A DNA stretch of 64,000 nucleotides, the filler included, from Vicugna vicugna (taxonomy: Eukaryota), in NCBI GenBank assembly GCA_013265495.1. It is 75 parts of 73 records of this genome, joined end to end, with 100 filler letters (N's around TTAATTAATTAA, not from the genome) between each part and the next. Parts side by side here need not be neighbours in the genome. Positions count along the whole stretch, not along the records: positions 62,642 to 63,501 come from PNXW01028045.1; positions 63,602 to 64,000 come from MU063225.1; 73 more parts are not named here. The stretch is one strand, 5' to 3'. Below the pieces are notes generated by a model. The model saw only the letters and a list, made by a program, of their open reading frames with translations, did no database searches and was not told the origin of the DNA. Every line of letters starts with the position of its first letter. The first letter of the stretch is position 1. The translations under genes and the position numbers were made by a program. Positions 62,648-64,000 of the stretch are shown piece after piece.

Positions 62648-62820
62648 ATTATCTCATTTCATCCTTCTGAGTCCGTGGATTAGGTGGGAGTATTTCCCCC
62701 ATTCTGAAGACGCGAGCACTGAAGCTTACTAACTCAGGGGTAAGTGATCTGTCAAGGTCAAGTGGGCTGGCTGTTAACCCAGCCAGACTCCAGAGCTTGA
62801 ACTCATGCTGCTCTGCTTTC
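62648..62820 (-). mobile_element. MIR fragment
   Basis: TTATCTCATTTCATCCT...CCCCATTCTGAAGA...GTAAGTGATCTGTCAAGGTCA. Confidence 0.7.
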
Positions 62821-64000
62821 TGAAAGGGCCACCCCTTCCAGGCAGGTGGCTTGGGCCCGATTAGTTCACCTCTCTGAATGTCACCTGCAAACATTCCAGT
62901 TAACAGTAATCCAGCAGACCTCACAGGGCCGTTGCAGGGATCAAAAAAGAAAATAAAAATCACTTTGTCCACCTACCACACACACAAAACTAGTTAATAC
63001 TACTATTGCTAACTTACAAAAAGAATAAAGGACGCATTTATTGTAGGATGATTTAAGTGGGAATAAAGGAACAGGAGTAGGGCCAGAAAGCCTAGGGTAA
63101 AGCGGATTACTGCAACGGAGCCGTGAATAAGTTGGCTTGGAATTTCCCATTAGTCAAGGCAAAAAAAGAAAATGATGCTTTTCACAGTCCTCACTAGCTT
63201 ATCAAAGAAGAAACAGCATATTATCAAGAAATACCAATTTCTTGTACTACATTCTTGGGATGATTTATTCCCTCGGTCCTTGTTCTATAAAGGATAATAA
63301 GCAACATCGTAGAGGCTGCTTATGGTAATGATTGTATAGAAATTTCAGGAAAGTTTTTTGAGTGACCTTCCTTACAAATAGGGCTTAATTGTCATTCTAG
63401 GAAGGTGCTTCAATGTGTTAAAATAATGCAGTCAGTGCATGTGTAGCCTTCTGCTACCTTCATAGAGAAACAGAATCTATCTGAAAAAGAGTTGAAATTT
63501 GNNNNNNNNNNNNNNNNNNNNNNNNNNNNNNNNNNNNNNNNNNNNTTAATTAATTAANNNNNNNNNNNNNNNNNNNNNNNNNNNNNNNNNNNNNNNNNNN
63601 NTAACGCTTTCAATATCACTGACATTTAACACACTGCTGGTCACGTATTAGGCACTCTCTAAATGTTTACTGGCTAGCAGGCTGGTGACCTGGTGTCAGA
63701 CACATAGACATGTTATCAATAAAATAATGTCCAACTAAAAGAAAGTTACATTATTGTACTAAGAACTGGATTGTCTTGCCCACGCAGTTTTTAAAAAATA
63801 TGCATATAAAATANNNNNNNNNNNNNNNNNNNNNNNNNNNNNNNNNNNNNNNNNNNNNNNNNNNNNNNNNNNNNTAATGGTGTAAACATGAAAATTCACT
63901 TTGATTTGCATTGTCATTTAGAATCACTAATCAACTGAGAGGTATGAACAATCATGGCAGAAGACTGAAACTTCAGCTTTGAGGGGTTTTTAAAATAAAA

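Noticed and set aside
708..63601. Regularly recurring identical TTAATTAATTAA separated by unique sequence (CRISPR-like or att-site-like pattern)
   Set aside because: Always centred in exactly 44+44 Ns with six-frame stops: an assembly linker. The intervening pieces are hundreds of bp of mammalian repeats and no cas genes are present.

Overview
This is not a contiguous locus and not prokaryotic. It is a pseudo-scaffold of about 75 short (0.2-1.5 kb) unplaced mammalian fragments joined by an artificial 100-bp spacer (44 N + TTAATTAATTAA + 44 N; about 74 copies by my count), so adjacency across spacers means nothing. A Vic-1-like tRNA-derived SINE points to a camelid (inference). About half the fragments (36 by my count) are satellite DNA in five families that I label provisionally: A (GC/CpG-rich, 267-bp monomer), B (diverged relative of A, ~265-270-bp subunits), C (AT-rich, ~245-bp subunits in trimeric ~733-bp and dimeric ~490-bp higher-order repeats), D (249-bp distant relative of C) and H (GAATATA heptamer satellite with ordered variants). 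The rest is decayed L1 pieces (5'UTR, ORF1, ORF2, 3' end), an ERV1-type LTR, L2, MIR, a MER58-like element and unique-looking DNA. No intact protein-coding gene, RNA gene or CRISPR array is supported; one orphan candidate exon is noted. I find no evidence of a new gene system; the most interesting signal is the architecture and relatedness of the satellite families. Satellite strands are relative to my own reference orientation, and all periods were counted by hand.
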